64,000 nucleotides of DNA from Bacilli bacterium (GTDB taxonomy: Bacteria > Bacillota_I > Bacilli_A > RFN20 > CAG-826). A program made the position numbers and the translations under genes. Shown piece after piece: positions 16,855-27,022 of the stretch; position 1 is the first letter of the stretch; each line of letters begins with the position of its first letter. Location of the stretch: positions 27,796 through 91,795 of the forward strand of contig JAZLKX010000046.1 of the NCBI GenBank assembly GCA_045597865.1. The letters run 5' to 3'. The notes below the pieces were generated by a model. The model was not told the origin of the DNA and made no database searches. It saw only the letters and a program-made list of their open reading frames with translations.

Positions 16855-18780
16855 ATGAAAGTAATAACTAAAATCATAATAAGCAACGATCCGCCTAATG
16901 ATAGAGGTGTTATTTGGGCTGATAGCAAAAATAATGTTATCAAAGTCAATGAGAATGGATTGTGGATAACATACGGAGGAAGCGGAGGTTCGGGAGATAT
17001 TCCTCCTGAGATACTTGCAAAGATTAACGCTACTGCAAAGAAAGCAGAAGAAACAGAGATATTGTTATCCCAAAAGATTGTAATATACGACAAGGCTATT
17101 GAAGAAATTAATAACAAGCTAGCTTCGGTTTATAATATCAAAGGCAGTAAAACACTAGCTCAAATAAAAGCTCTTGTTATGACCGACAAGAATATCGGTG
17201 ATGTATATAATGTTACAACCAAAGGTGTTCTTTACGAAGGTACAGCAAAAGAAATCAAGATTAGCAAAGGTGATAACATTGTTTGGACAGCAGAAGGTTG
17301 GGATAAACTAGCTGCTTCAATAGATGTAGAAGATTTAGAAGAAGTCTTTGTTAAGAAAAACCAAGGAGCAGAGCTTAAAGGCAAGGCATTGGTAATTGAT
17401 GACAATGGCTTTGTAACCGCTAAAGAGGTTGAGTTTGATGCTGTTAAAGAAGTCGAAGAATTACCCGAAGAGAAAGAGAACGTAATATACAATGTTGAAA
17501 CTGATATAAGTAAAGAAGTTTATAGCAAAGGGATTAAATTAGTAACCGCTAATGATGCAAAAAAATATCAAGAAAAGAATGATACTAATTTAGACTTAAA
17601 AGAAGGTATATATGATGTTGTAGAAGCTATAAATAAAAACAACGAAAATGGTTATGATGTTCTATTTACAAAAGAGCCAACAGGAAAATTTGTTGACCTA
17701 GAATTATCAAGTGGAACTCTTTGGGCAGATAGAAATATTGGAGCATTAAGTTTGGGTGATAGTGGTAATTGGTATTATCACGATGACCCTAAAGTAATAA
17801 CTCCTAATAAAGAGTTTAGTACAATATCTGATATTAGTATCGAAGAATATATACAAAACTTTATAGATAATTTTGATAGTGGATTAGAAACTTCTAGCGA
17901 AGAAGAAACTAGAACTTATCAAATAAATGGAGTTACTTATAATATTACTAAATCTCCAAAAGCAGATATTCCTGATGAGATAATAGAAGAAGCTTTATCA
18001 AGAGATACTTGGATAACAAAATATCCTGAACGATTTACTAGTGAGCCATTAACTCCAAGAGCAGAAACTAATTGGGGTACTCAAATTATGGTTAAGAGAT
18101 ATGAAAATATAAATTGGAAGTATGATATAGCTCAAATAAATGGTTTAGGTAGAGTTGCTTCTTTTGGACAATGCTTGGAATTGCTATTTAAAACAGATAT
18201 ATTCTTTTGGGATATAACAAATGAAGATGGAACAACAGTTTTTTTTCAAGTTGCAATTAATCCGAAATATTACCCTGGAGATAATCCTGATTATAATTGG
18301 AAACGAATATTCCAAGAAGGGAAATATTTAGTATTACCTTCAAGTGGTTCAAGTGGTAAATATCCTTATAATTATACAAATACTACATATAATAAGACTT
18401 ATGGTGCAACACAATTAGGTAATCAAAGTATTGAATATTTTACTAATTGGGTAACTCCTAAATGGTATTTTGCAACAGCAGGAGTAGGATACGGTAAACG
18501 TTTAAGCGCAGAAGCACAAGGATATATTTTAAATAATATGCGTGCTGTTTATGCTAAATGTCCTGAATTTGTTTTACACAAAGATAATCCTGATGTTCAT
18601 GTAACTCCTGAGCAAAAAGAAAAATTGGATAATGTAACAAATATTGTTGCTAATCCCGAAGATGCCTCAGAAACAGACATTAGTCTTAAAAGTATTAAAA
18701 TCGGTGATACTAACTACAAAGTTAGTGGAGGCGATGTTGATATTGCAACCGAAGAAGATATTAATGATATTTTTAGCTAA
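16855..18780 (+). CDS. putative fibre/receptor-binding protein
   Basis: mosaic with YNIKGS..GDVYNV..WDKL fibre repeat and VDLELSSGTLWADRNIGA domain. Confidence 0.55.
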   Translation: MKVITKIIISNDPPNDRGVIWADSKNNVIKVNENGLWITYGGSGGSGDIPPEILAKINATAKKAEETEILLSQKIVIYDKAIEEINNKLASVYNIKGSKTLAQIKALVMTDKNIGDVYNVTTKGVLYEGTAKEIKISKGDNIVWTAEGWDKLAASIDVEDLEEVFVKKNQGAELKGKALVIDDNGFVTAKEVEFDAVKEVEELPEEKENVIYNVETDISKEVYSKGIKLVTANDAKKYQEKNDTNLDLKEGIYDVVEAINKNNENGYDVLFTKEPTGKFVDLELSSGTLWADRNIGALSLGDSGNWYYHDDPKVITPNKEFSTISDISIEEYIQNFIDNFDSGLETSSEEETRTYQINGVTYNITKSPKADIPDEIIEEALSRDTWITKYPERFTSEPLTPRAETNWGTQIMVKRYENINWKYDIAQINGLGRVASFGQCLELLFKTDIFFWDITNEDGTTVFFQVAINPKYYPGDNPDYNWKRIFQEGKYLVLPSSGSSGKYPYNYTNTTYNKTYGATQLGNQSIEYFTNWVTPKWYFATAGVGYGKRLSAEAQGYILNNMRAVYAKCPEFVLHKDNPDVHVTPEQKEKLDNVTNIVANPEDASETDISLKSIKIGDTNYKVSGGDVDIATEEDINDIFS

Positions 18781-18965
18781 TGCTTAGAAGATTAAGTCAT
18801 AAAAATAAATATCCTCGAAAACACAAAATTGAGTTTTCAAAAAACAAAAAGAAAGGTCATAACTGGGTTCTCCGTTCAAAGCTCAAAAAGTTTGAAGGAC
18901 GGAGAATCGGGTTTAGCCGACTAAAAGATAAAGAAATAATTTATTGGAACTAATATATTTAAATT

Positions 18966-19391
18966 ATGGAATTGGAGAAACTAATTAACGTAGAGAGATT
19001 AACTCAGTTCAAATTGAACTTGATGGAATCTACCGATGGTTCGTTGACTGTTAAAAACGAAGACCACGCAAAGATTGATATTGCTGCAAAAATCTCTGAA
19101 GAAGAAGGCAATATCCTAGAACTAAAAGAAGATGGTTTGTTTGTATCACCCGATGGTGCTTTGTTGTCAACCGACAATTCAATTAGCATTGAAGCAGTTG
19201 ATACTGACGAAGCTAAAGGTACTGACCTTAAACTAAAAGTATCGGAAGAAGAAGGTAATGCTATCGAAATCAAAGAAGATGGTGTATTTGTTCAAGGTTA
19301 TGAAATCGCTACCGAACAAGACATTATGGACATTTTCTCGGTAACTACCTCAGATCCTGATAGCGGTAAACCTGTTGTACCTGAACCTTAA
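18966..19391 (+). CDS. putative fibre adaptor/extender
   Basis: internal SEEEGNxxExKEDG repeat; termini shared with neighbouring genes. Confidence 0.5.
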   Translation: MELEKLINVERLTQFKLNLMESTDGSLTVKNEDHAKIDIAAKISEEEGNILELKEDGLFVSPDGALLSTDNSISIEAVDTDEAKGTDLKLKVSEEEGNAIEIKEDGVFVQGYEIATEQDIMDIFSVTTSDPDSGKPVVPEP

Positions 19392-19415
19392 TTCTAATTA
19401 AACTAAGTAATAAGA

Positions 19416-21248
19416 ATGGCTGAGAAATTAATTAATTTAGACAATCTTAATACTTTCAAACTTAACTTGGTAGAGTCAACTGATGGCTCTATCAACGTTA
19501 AGAATGAAAATGAAAGTAAAATAGATTTATCAATCAAAATATCAGAAGAAACTGGAAATGCTCTTGAGGTAAAAGACGACGGCATTTATTCAGGTTCGGC
19601 AGATGGTTTGGTGGAGGTAGATGTAGTACCTTACCCATATAAGCGAGAAAAGAAGATATATAAAACACCATACGGCGAATATAAACTATATACAGGAAAG
19701 GGAGAAACATACTACGAAAGTTGGGAGCTAGGAGAAGCAAGATATACTTCTGGAACAATGTTTCCTAACACTACTCTAGCAGAAGAAATAGCACGTTGGA
19801 GAAGCGAGGTAGTTGGAAGTTATATTAATGCTGTAAGTGGTGGCGATGACAAAGTTCTACTTAAAATAGAAAGTGTTGCTGACAATGGTCAGTTGTATTA
19901 TGGAACTACAAACATTGGTGTTCTACTTCAAGGTGGTCCAAATGTAATTTATAATGGAGCAGGAACTATTTATAGTAATGTTGTTTTTGGTCCATTAAAA
20001 ATGGCAGAGGTTTATGCAAAAGAAGTACAACTTGCTACAAAGGACGACCTTAAAAACATTGATATTGATACTACCGATTTTGTAAAGAAAGAAAATCTTA
20101 CCGACAAAAGCATAACTTCTTTGAAAGTAAAGTTAGCAGATGGTGATGTAACTATTGGTGATAACAGCATTACTACAAATACTTCTTCTGATTTTAATGT
20201 AGGTGGACAAAACACTGATATTTATGTTAAAGGTAATACTATAAATCTTAATACTATTTCCGAACTTGATATAACAGCAGGCGATGAGTTATTGATAAAT
20301 ACTACTGGTAGCCCAATAACCATTGGTAGTGGAACAGAGCCTCTATATCTAAATGGAACTGGTGCTACACTTGACGTTGATGGTGATATAAACATAACAC
20401 CTAAGTCTGATAGTAAGTTAAAGATAGTTTCTGATCAGATAGAAATAAAAAGTAGAAAACCAAGTGGTGATAATTCACTTAAACTATATCCTTATAATCG
20501 TGAAGGAGAATCTAGTAATCTTATTGTTTCAAAAGACGATATTGAAGTAAATGTTTTGTCAACAACTTTTAGATTAGAAGATAATTATTTAGGTATAACT
20601 TCAGGAAATGGAGAAACAGAACAAGGTGATATATGGATTGATAGCGACGGCTGGGTATGTATGCGTGCTAATCAACAATATAGAGTTGATTTAATACAAG
20701 ATGATAATTCAGTTTATCAAAGTGGAAAAACCAAAAATGTTATTTTTGCAAACTGGGACAGTGATGATGAAGGCGACCCATATAACAAACTTAATACTAC
20801 TATTAGTGGAGATATACTTACTTTAAAAGCACCAATCATTAACATCAATGGTGTAGTTAAAAAACCATGGACTTTGGTTCATGAACAACATTATCTTTAC
20901 TCGGGAGAAGGTAAACGTTATGTATTCGATTTATCTAGCGTAATAAATAAATACTCAGAAATGGCTCTTTATCTTACTGATGACTACGAAAATAATCCAT
21001 ATATGACTATTTATAAAGTATTTGATTTGGAACTAATCAAAAACTATATGTGGTTTGTAAGTAGTGATAATCAAGGGTGGTTTAATCTTGATAGACTATA
21101 TAGATGGGACAGTGAAAAAGGTACGTTAAAACGACAAAATATAAATTTAAGATTCCGACTTGATGAAGTATATGGTAAATTCGCATTAGAATGTGAAGAA
21201 ACTACATTTAATAACGACGGGCAAATCTTTAGAGTATTTATGAGATAG
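19416..21248 (+). CDS. putative tail fibre/spike protein
   Basis: N-terminus paralogous to 18966 gene; T/D/I/N-rich beta-repeat centre. Confidence 0.55.
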   Translation: MAEKLINLDNLNTFKLNLVESTDGSINVKNENESKIDLSIKISEETGNALEVKDDGIYSGSADGLVEVDVVPYPYKREKKIYKTPYGEYKLYTGKGETYYESWELGEARYTSGTMFPNTTLAEEIARWRSEVVGSYINAVSGGDDKVLLKIESVADNGQLYYGTTNIGVLLQGGPNVIYNGAGTIYSNVVFGPLKMAEVYAKEVQLATKDDLKNIDIDTTDFVKKENLTDKSITSLKVKLADGDVTIGDNSITTNTSSDFNVGGQNTDIYVKGNTINLNTISELDITAGDELLINTTGSPITIGSGTEPLYLNGTGATLDVDGDINITPKSDSKLKIVSDQIEIKSRKPSGDNSLKLYPYNREGESSNLIVSKDDIEVNVLSTTFRLEDNYLGITSGNGETEQGDIWIDSDGWVCMRANQQYRVDLIQDDNSVYQSGKTKNVIFANWDSDDEGDPYNKLNTTISGDILTLKAPIININGVVKKPWTLVHEQHYLYSGEGKRYVFDLSSVINKYSEMALYLTDDYENNPYMTIYKVFDLELIKNYMWFVSSDNQGWFNLDRLYRWDSEKGTLKRQNINLRFRLDEVYGKFALECEETTFNNDGQIFRVFMR

Positions 21249-21250
21249 AT

Positions 21251-21523
21251 ATGGAATTTATAAATAACATAATAATAAGCAATAAAGCTCCTAAAGATAC
21301 AGGGGCTTTATGGCTTAGACCAACTGATAAGAAACTACTTTGGTTTCCTAAAAGATTTGGTTACGTAAAGACAACTGATATATGCGATAATTGGCAGATT
21401 TTAGGCGATTTGGGACTAATATTCTCTTTGGCTGATAAAGTGAAAGAACTAGAAGAAAAAGTCTATGAATTGACCGTTTTAAGCCAACGAGCAGTATATA
21501 AAAAAGAAACAAACAAAAATTAG
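21251..21523 (+). CDS. small virion protein, paralog of 43542-43865
   Basis: IIISNKAP..WLRP..WQILGD + coiled coil. Confidence 0.6.
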   Translation: MEFINNIIISNKAPKDTGALWLRPTDKKLLWFPKRFGYVKTTDICDNWQILGDLGLIFSLADKVKELEEKVYELTVLSQRAVYKKETNKN

Positions 21524-21527
21524 TAAT

Positions 21528-22769
21528 ATGGAAAACGAATTAATCGATATTCAAAACCTACAAAGATGTTGTGAGCCTAAGCCTGAGCCTTGTGGTTGCG
21601 ACCATTTACCTGCTCACAATCATCACCATTACATTGTAGATGATAATTGCCATTGTAACGATGCAATGCACCATTACAATCCACATCATCATCATCACGA
21701 TTGTCCACCATTCCCATATTGGGGACATCACAAGATTGTAGCAACAATAGACCCACCACACGACAAAACTTGTTTTTGGTTGCGTTACGTTGTAGTAGGC
21801 GAACCCGAAAAAGGTAGAGGAGAGTTTGAACTATTTGTATGGGATATTCCCGAACACCGTTGGCGTAGTCTATACGATACCAATCTTAAAGATATTGCAG
21901 ATACTCTCAATGAGTTGGTACAAGATGTTGACGAATTAGAAGAAAAAGTTGGTATGACTTATTCTTTGGAACTAAACAAAGACGAAGAAGGAAACGATCG
22001 CATTTGTTTACTTGCCAACGATGAGATTATATCTAGCGTAACTCTTCCTACTAGCAACCTAGAGTTTGTGGGACAAGGTGGTATTGAAGTAACACAAGAA
22101 AACAATGTTGTAACTATCTCAGGTGGAGCAAACATTGACTTTGTTGAAAGTGGTGATGTTGTTATTAAAAAAGAAGAAGATACAGTTACAATACATTCTA
22201 AAGTAATTGCTGGAAACAACCTAACAAAATCTAAAGATGAAGAAACAGGTGATGTTACTTTAAATGCACCTAAATACCTTGGTAAAGGTGGAATTATTAT
22301 AGAGGAAGAAGCAAGCGAAGAAGGTGCAAATTACAAAACCTACAATGTAAAACTTAACGATAAACCTTATATTTATAAAGGTAGCGTTGTTGATTTAACA
22401 GAACTTCATAAACTAACTAATCAAAGTGTTGGCGATGTATGGAACGTTGAAACCGCAGGAGAATACGAAGAGCAACACTATGAAGCAAACACCAATTTTG
22501 CTTGGAATGGTAACAAATGGGATAGCCTAGGTGGTATTGTAAAATATCCTGAATTGGTAATTCAAGAACCTGAAGAACCAAAAGCATTTGTTACTAAGAT
22601 TAAAAAAATAGCAGGAGAAAGTAATACATTTACCTATGAGACAGCGGATATTGATACTACCAAGTTTGGATTTGATATTGTATCTAATGAAGATAATGAA
22701 GTTACTATCCAACTACAATATGATGGAGAGGATATAGAAAATTGTAAATTCACAATAACAGGAGAGTAA
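21528..22769 (+). CDS. putative fibre protein with His/Cys-rich N-terminus
   Basis: YIYKGSV..GDVWNV..WNGNKWDSLGG repeat. Confidence 0.55.
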   Translation: MENELIDIQNLQRCCEPKPEPCGCDHLPAHNHHHYIVDDNCHCNDAMHHYNPHHHHHDCPPFPYWGHHKIVATIDPPHDKTCFWLRYVVVGEPEKGRGEFELFVWDIPEHRWRSLYDTNLKDIADTLNELVQDVDELEEKVGMTYSLELNKDEEGNDRICLLANDEIISSVTLPTSNLEFVGQGGIEVTQENNVVTISGGANIDFVESGDVVIKKEEDTVTIHSKVIAGNNLTKSKDEETGDVTLNAPKYLGKGGIIIEEEASEEGANYKTYNVKLNDKPYIYKGSVVDLTELHKLTNQSVGDVWNVETAGEYEEQHYEANTNFAWNGNKWDSLGGIVKYPELVIQEPEEPKAFVTKIKKIAGESNTFTYETADIDTTKFGFDIVSNEDNEVTIQLQYDGEDIENCKFTITGE

Positions 22770-22770
22770 T

Positions 22771-24096
22771 ATGGCAAGAGTAATAATGGACGGAAAGACA
22801 ATAAAAATCACTAGTGGTTTTAAAGTTAGATTACTAGGTAAAGATGTTATTGTCCTAAAGAAAGATGGTTACAAAGTTCAGGTAAAAAAAGACGAGAATA
22901 AAAATAGCATTATAATAAAAGATGAACCTAAAAGTATAAATATAGCATTAATAGATGCCACTAATAATTATACTTTAATTGTTTACAATTACAGATTTGC
23001 AACTAGCTACGATAGCTTTAAAAATGCTATGCAAGTAATGTATAATGGTTATGAAATACCAACAGGAAGTGTTAAAAGTAAATTGACATTACCAACAGAA
23101 GAGCAAATAACAACTAGCATAAAAAATAATGAAGAAAGCTTAACTGTTAGTTTTACTGTAACAAAATCCAATGAAACAAATGTAACAATACATTTAGCTA
23201 AGCAATCTTTTGGAAGATATAATTCTTATACAGATTATATCAAAAACAAACCTGATTCTGTTCAAGAAGTTGAAGAAGATACTTACACTCACGCATTTAG
23301 CACTAATGACTATGTTACTATATTAAAGTTTTTTAAAGAAGGTCAAGGTTGTTATTGTTATGAAATGTTTGTGAAATATGGTGTTGCTCCTTATTATGAT
23401 GAAAATTATATTGTACAACAAATTATGGCAGGAGTAAGAGACATATATGTTGAAGCTACATATTCAGACCAAATAAGTACAGGTAATTTAGAAGAGCAAA
23501 TAAAGGACTTTGGATTTAGCGATTCAACATTTAACAGAACATTTAGACAAAATGATTTAGGAAAAAAATTCCAATTATACCAAATTGAAAGTTTGTCTCC
23601 TATAAAGAAAACATTGTTAGAAAATGAATATGCACTAAGTGTATATGACAAAACAAGTAGTATTGTTGGAGATTTTTCATTTAGTCAAGAGTTTGCGTTG
23701 GCATCTTCGGGAACAGCAGACGGAGCTATTTATGCAGTTACAGTTGTAAAAGAAGGTAATATTATAAAAGCTGGACGTGTTATTCCTGTAAAAGATGTAG
23801 CTAATATTAATTTAGAATACGTCAATAGAGGTGATTACGGTAATAGATCTAATGCTTATTTGTTTATACCTATTGGAGGAACTGATGATATTTTGGAAGA
23901 TTATCAAAAACGAACAATAAAAGCAAATGGTAATACTTACGATATATTCAATGTTAAAATAACAGTAGCATACGATACTCCAAGTGGAAAACAAACAGAA
24001 AAACAACAATTCTATTTTGTTTGGAAACAAATCGATGTAAGCGAAGACTCTTGGGTAACACCCGAAGCTTGGGTTTATCACACTAGAGTTAGTTAA
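22771..24096 (+). CDS. hypothetical, probably virion surface protein
   Basis: 441-aa beta-rich ORF ending the fibre operon. Confidence 0.55.
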   Translation: MARVIMDGKTIKITSGFKVRLLGKDVIVLKKDGYKVQVKKDENKNSIIIKDEPKSINIALIDATNNYTLIVYNYRFATSYDSFKNAMQVMYNGYEIPTGSVKSKLTLPTEEQITTSIKNNEESLTVSFTVTKSNETNVTIHLAKQSFGRYNSYTDYIKNKPDSVQEVEEDTYTHAFSTNDYVTILKFFKEGQGCYCYEMFVKYGVAPYYDENYIVQQIMAGVRDIYVEATYSDQISTGNLEEQIKDFGFSDSTFNRTFRQNDLGKKFQLYQIESLSPIKKTLLENEYALSVYDKTSSIVGDFSFSQEFALASSGTADGAIYAVTVVKEGNIIKAGRVIPVKDVANINLEYVNRGDYGNRSNAYLFIPIGGTDDILEDYQKRTIKANGNTYDIFNVKITVAYDTPSGKQTEKQQFYFVWKQIDVSEDSWVTPEAWVYHTRVS

Positions 24097-24111
24097 TAAC
24101 AATCTCTACAT

Positions 24112-24139
24112 TACCCGTCGAAAGGCGGGTATTTTTTTT
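24112..24139 (+). terminator. intrinsic terminator
   Basis: TACCCGTC-GAAA-GGCGGGTA + T8. Confidence 0.85.
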
Positions 24140-24254
24140 ACACAATTAGTTAGACTAACTAAAAAGATTAGAAAATGTAAATATTTATTTTAAAAATTAA
24201 GGTATTGACAAACATTTTTTTTGTTTTCATATTTGCGGAAAAATTTGGAAGAAT

Positions 24255-25358
24255 ATGGAAGGATTAGATTTGGAAAACATTTTAGACGATGAACAAATTA
24301 GTCAGTTATTTTCTGATGACACAGAAAAACCAACTGATACAGAAAATGGTGAAAAGCCAGCAGAGGAAGAATCTGAAATAGATATAGAAGATTTGTTTGG
24401 CGGTGAAAACAATGAAGATGAGATAGAAATTAAGGAGGATAAGTCATCTAAGGCGACTAATAAGCGAACTTCTAATTCTGTGTATTCTTCCATCGCTAAG
24501 GCAATGCTAGACGATGACTTACTACCTTCTGATTTGCAACAAAAGATTAATTTTGACGAAATCAGTACAGCAGAAGATATTAAAGCTTTAATACAAGGTA
24601 TTATTGACTTTAATAGAGGAGAACAAGAAACAGAATATCTTAGAGCATTGAAAAGTGGAGTAAGTGAAGACACTCTAAATACATATAAAAATGCAATAGA
24701 TAGTTTGGATAATACTTTTACTCCTGAGAAGTTGAGAGAAGAATCGGAAGAAGGTCAAAAGCTTAGACTTAATATTATATATTACAATCTTACAAAAAAC
24801 AAAGGATATTCGGACGAGAAAGCAAAACGAATGATAAAATCTTTTGCAAATAGTGGTGATGATGTTGAAGAAGCTATTGATGCAGTAAGAGAAGTAAGAC
24901 AAATGTATTCTAAGCTGTATAATGAAAATGTTGAGACAGAAAGAATACAAAAGCAAAGAGAGAAACAAGACAAAATTAATCGAAACAATTATGTTCACAA
25001 TCTTGTCAATAATGGTGCTTTGAAAGGAATCGAAGTTGACAGTAGATTGAAAAACAAAGTAAGCAATATGCTTAATGATAAATCTTACAATGGCAAAAAT
25101 GCTATTGAAATGTTTGAGGAAAGAAATCCTGAATATTACAAAGCTATTGTAGCAACACTTTATACATTGAGCGATGGATTTAATGATTTTGGAAAATTTG
25201 TTAATCGATTGGCTGGAAAGAAAGCAAAAGAAGGATTTAAGATATTAGATGACTTAGTGAAGAATACAACAGACAATAATTTCAACGGTCTTAAACTAGC
25301 GAACAATAGCACTAAGAACGAAGAATTAGAAAGTAAGAAAGGTTACGTTTGGAACTAA
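24255..25358 (+). CDS. putative capsid scaffolding protein
   Basis: acidic N-terminus, helical, directly upstream of MCP as in crAss-like phages. Confidence 0.6.
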   Translation: MEGLDLENILDDEQISQLFSDDTEKPTDTENGEKPAEEESEIDIEDLFGGENNEDEIEIKEDKSSKATNKRTSNSVYSSIAKAMLDDDLLPSDLQQKINFDEISTAEDIKALIQGIIDFNRGEQETEYLRALKSGVSEDTLNTYKNAIDSLDNTFTPEKLREESEEGQKLRLNIIYYNLTKNKGYSDEKAKRMIKSFANSGDDVEEAIDAVREVRQMYSKLYNENVETERIQKQREKQDKINRNNYVHNLVNNGALKGIEVDSRLKNKVSNMLNDKSYNGKNAIEMFEERNPEYYKAIVATLYTLSDGFNDFGKFVNRLAGKKAKEGFKILDDLVKNTTDNNFNGLKLANNSTKNEELESKKGYVWN

Positions 25359-25384
25359 TAATGATATAAAATACATTTAACAAT

Positions 25385-26947
25385 ATGGCAGAACAAAAAA
25401 TAAAACTATCAAAATGGCAGATGGTAGACTTAAAATCCCAAAAAGTGGGAGGTAATGGTCTTACTATGGATAACCATTTAGGCACACTCTTGATGAATGA
25501 GCCAAATAGAGCTACTGAAAAAATCGTAGAAATGTTTGCCTATCAAAGAGGTAAAACTTTGCTATCAGAGTTTTATAAACTTCCTGTAAAATATTTCGAT
25601 AACTACAACGAAATTGTTTGGGATTTGATTGGTAGTGCTAGACGAAATATTCCTCTACTAGAAGCACGTAACGAAAAAGGTAATGTAGTTACAGCAGCTT
25701 CGGGTATGGTAGGTGTAAGCAAAGCTCCATTTGAACTAGTATTTGCCGAAAATTATTTTGGCGAACAAGAAATTATCGTTGGTAATCTTAACGAGCGTTA
25801 TCAATTCCGTATTATTTCGGAAAGACCACGTATGGAAGGTACTAACTATGTTTACAAAGTTCAACTATTTGGTAACAATACTGAGGGTATTCCAGCAGAA
25901 CGATTGCTAGCAGGCGAACGCTTTAGCTATATGACAGCATTTGTTGAACGTGAACTATCACGTAAAGCAGGAACTGTTAATTTCAGTACCACAACCAATA
26001 TGCGTAATGATTGGAGTTCAATCCGTATCTATGATAGAGCAAGTGGTAGTGAACTAGATCGCAAATTTGCTATTGCAGTACCAATCACTAAACAACACGA
26101 AGGAGACAACATAAAAGGTAAAACAACCAATATGTGGATGTCTTGGCGTGAATACGAAATGGAACAAAAATGGCGTGAGTATATTGCAAATGCTATTTTG
26201 TTTGGTAGAAGCAATGCTGACGAAAACAACGAAGTTCATGACTTTGGTCGTTCGGGCAACGAAATCCGTACAGGTGCAGGTCTTTACGAACAAATGGAAG
26301 CAGGTAATACTCACTATTACTCACAATTTAGTCTTCGTCGTTTGACTAATGCACTAACAGATTTGTTCTGTGGAACAGGAAACGTAGCACCAAACAATCG
26401 CCACGTAACTCTTGTAACAGGTACTTACGGAGCAATGCAATTCTCAGAAGCAGTACAAAAAGAAGTATTGGGTTGGCAAGTATTTGACTTTAACGCATCT
26501 GACCTAAATATCGTTGGTAAAGCAGCTTCTAATAATTGGAGCGGTAGTACTCCTAGCTTAAAAGCAGGTTTCCAATTTACCGAATACATGGCACCAGGCG
26601 GTATTCACGTATCAGTGATGGTTGACCCAGCATACGACGACCCTGTATGGCACGGTAAAATCAAAATCAATGGCGCACCTGCATTTAGTTACCGTTATGA
26701 TATTTTTGACCTATCACCTGATAACAATGGCGAAACCAATGTATTCTTGTGTAAAGTTAAAGGTCAAGAAGAACTACACGGATATAAATTTGGTTTCAGA
26801 AACCCATGGACAGGTCAACGTAACAATGACTACATGAGTACTGAAATCGACGAAGCTCAATTCCACAAATTCTGCCCTGCAATCGGCGTTTGTGTGCTAG
26901 ATCCAACTAGAACTATGAGCTTTATACCTACTGTACTACAAGGTTAG
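25385..26947 (+). CDS. major capsid protein
   Basis: 520 aa, strong codon bias, crAss MCP-like motifs (ERELS, GAGLYEQME, GFQFTEY, DPTRT), followed by terminator. Confidence 0.88.
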   Translation: MAEQKIKLSKWQMVDLKSQKVGGNGLTMDNHLGTLLMNEPNRATEKIVEMFAYQRGKTLLSEFYKLPVKYFDNYNEIVWDLIGSARRNIPLLEARNEKGNVVTAASGMVGVSKAPFELVFAENYFGEQEIIVGNLNERYQFRIISERPRMEGTNYVYKVQLFGNNTEGIPAERLLAGERFSYMTAFVERELSRKAGTVNFSTTTNMRNDWSSIRIYDRASGSELDRKFAIAVPITKQHEGDNIKGKTTNMWMSWREYEMEQKWREYIANAILFGRSNADENNEVHDFGRSGNEIRTGAGLYEQMEAGNTHYYSQFSLRRLTNALTDLFCGTGNVAPNNRHVTLVTGTYGAMQFSEAVQKEVLGWQVFDFNASDLNIVGKAASNNWSGSTPSLKAGFQFTEYMAPGGIHVSVMVDPAYDDPVWHGKIKINGAPAFSYRYDIFDLSPDNNGETNVFLCKVKGQEELHGYKFGFRNPWTGQRNNDYMSTEIDEAQFHKFCPAIGVCVLDPTRTMSFIPTVLQG

Positions 26948-26964
26948 CATATATTGTTTTTTTT

Positions 26965-26999
26965 AATTAGGAGGGGTATTAAAACCCTTCCTAATTTTT
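26965..26999 (+). terminator. intrinsic terminator after MCP
   Basis: AATTAGGAGGGG/CCCTTCCTAATT + T run. Confidence 0.75.
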
Positions 27000-27022
27000 A
27001 ATTTTATTTAATTTTGGAAGAT

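Noticed and set aside
17680-18560. DGR target in the VDLELSSGTLWA domain
   Set aside because: No reverse transcriptase or template repeat in the window; cannot exclude one elsewhere
419-26947. Alternative genetic code (TAG or TGA reassignment)
   Set aside because: Long genes are intact in the standard code, TAG and TGA end genes with tight downstream coupling, and the in-frame stops seen are isolated and of different types
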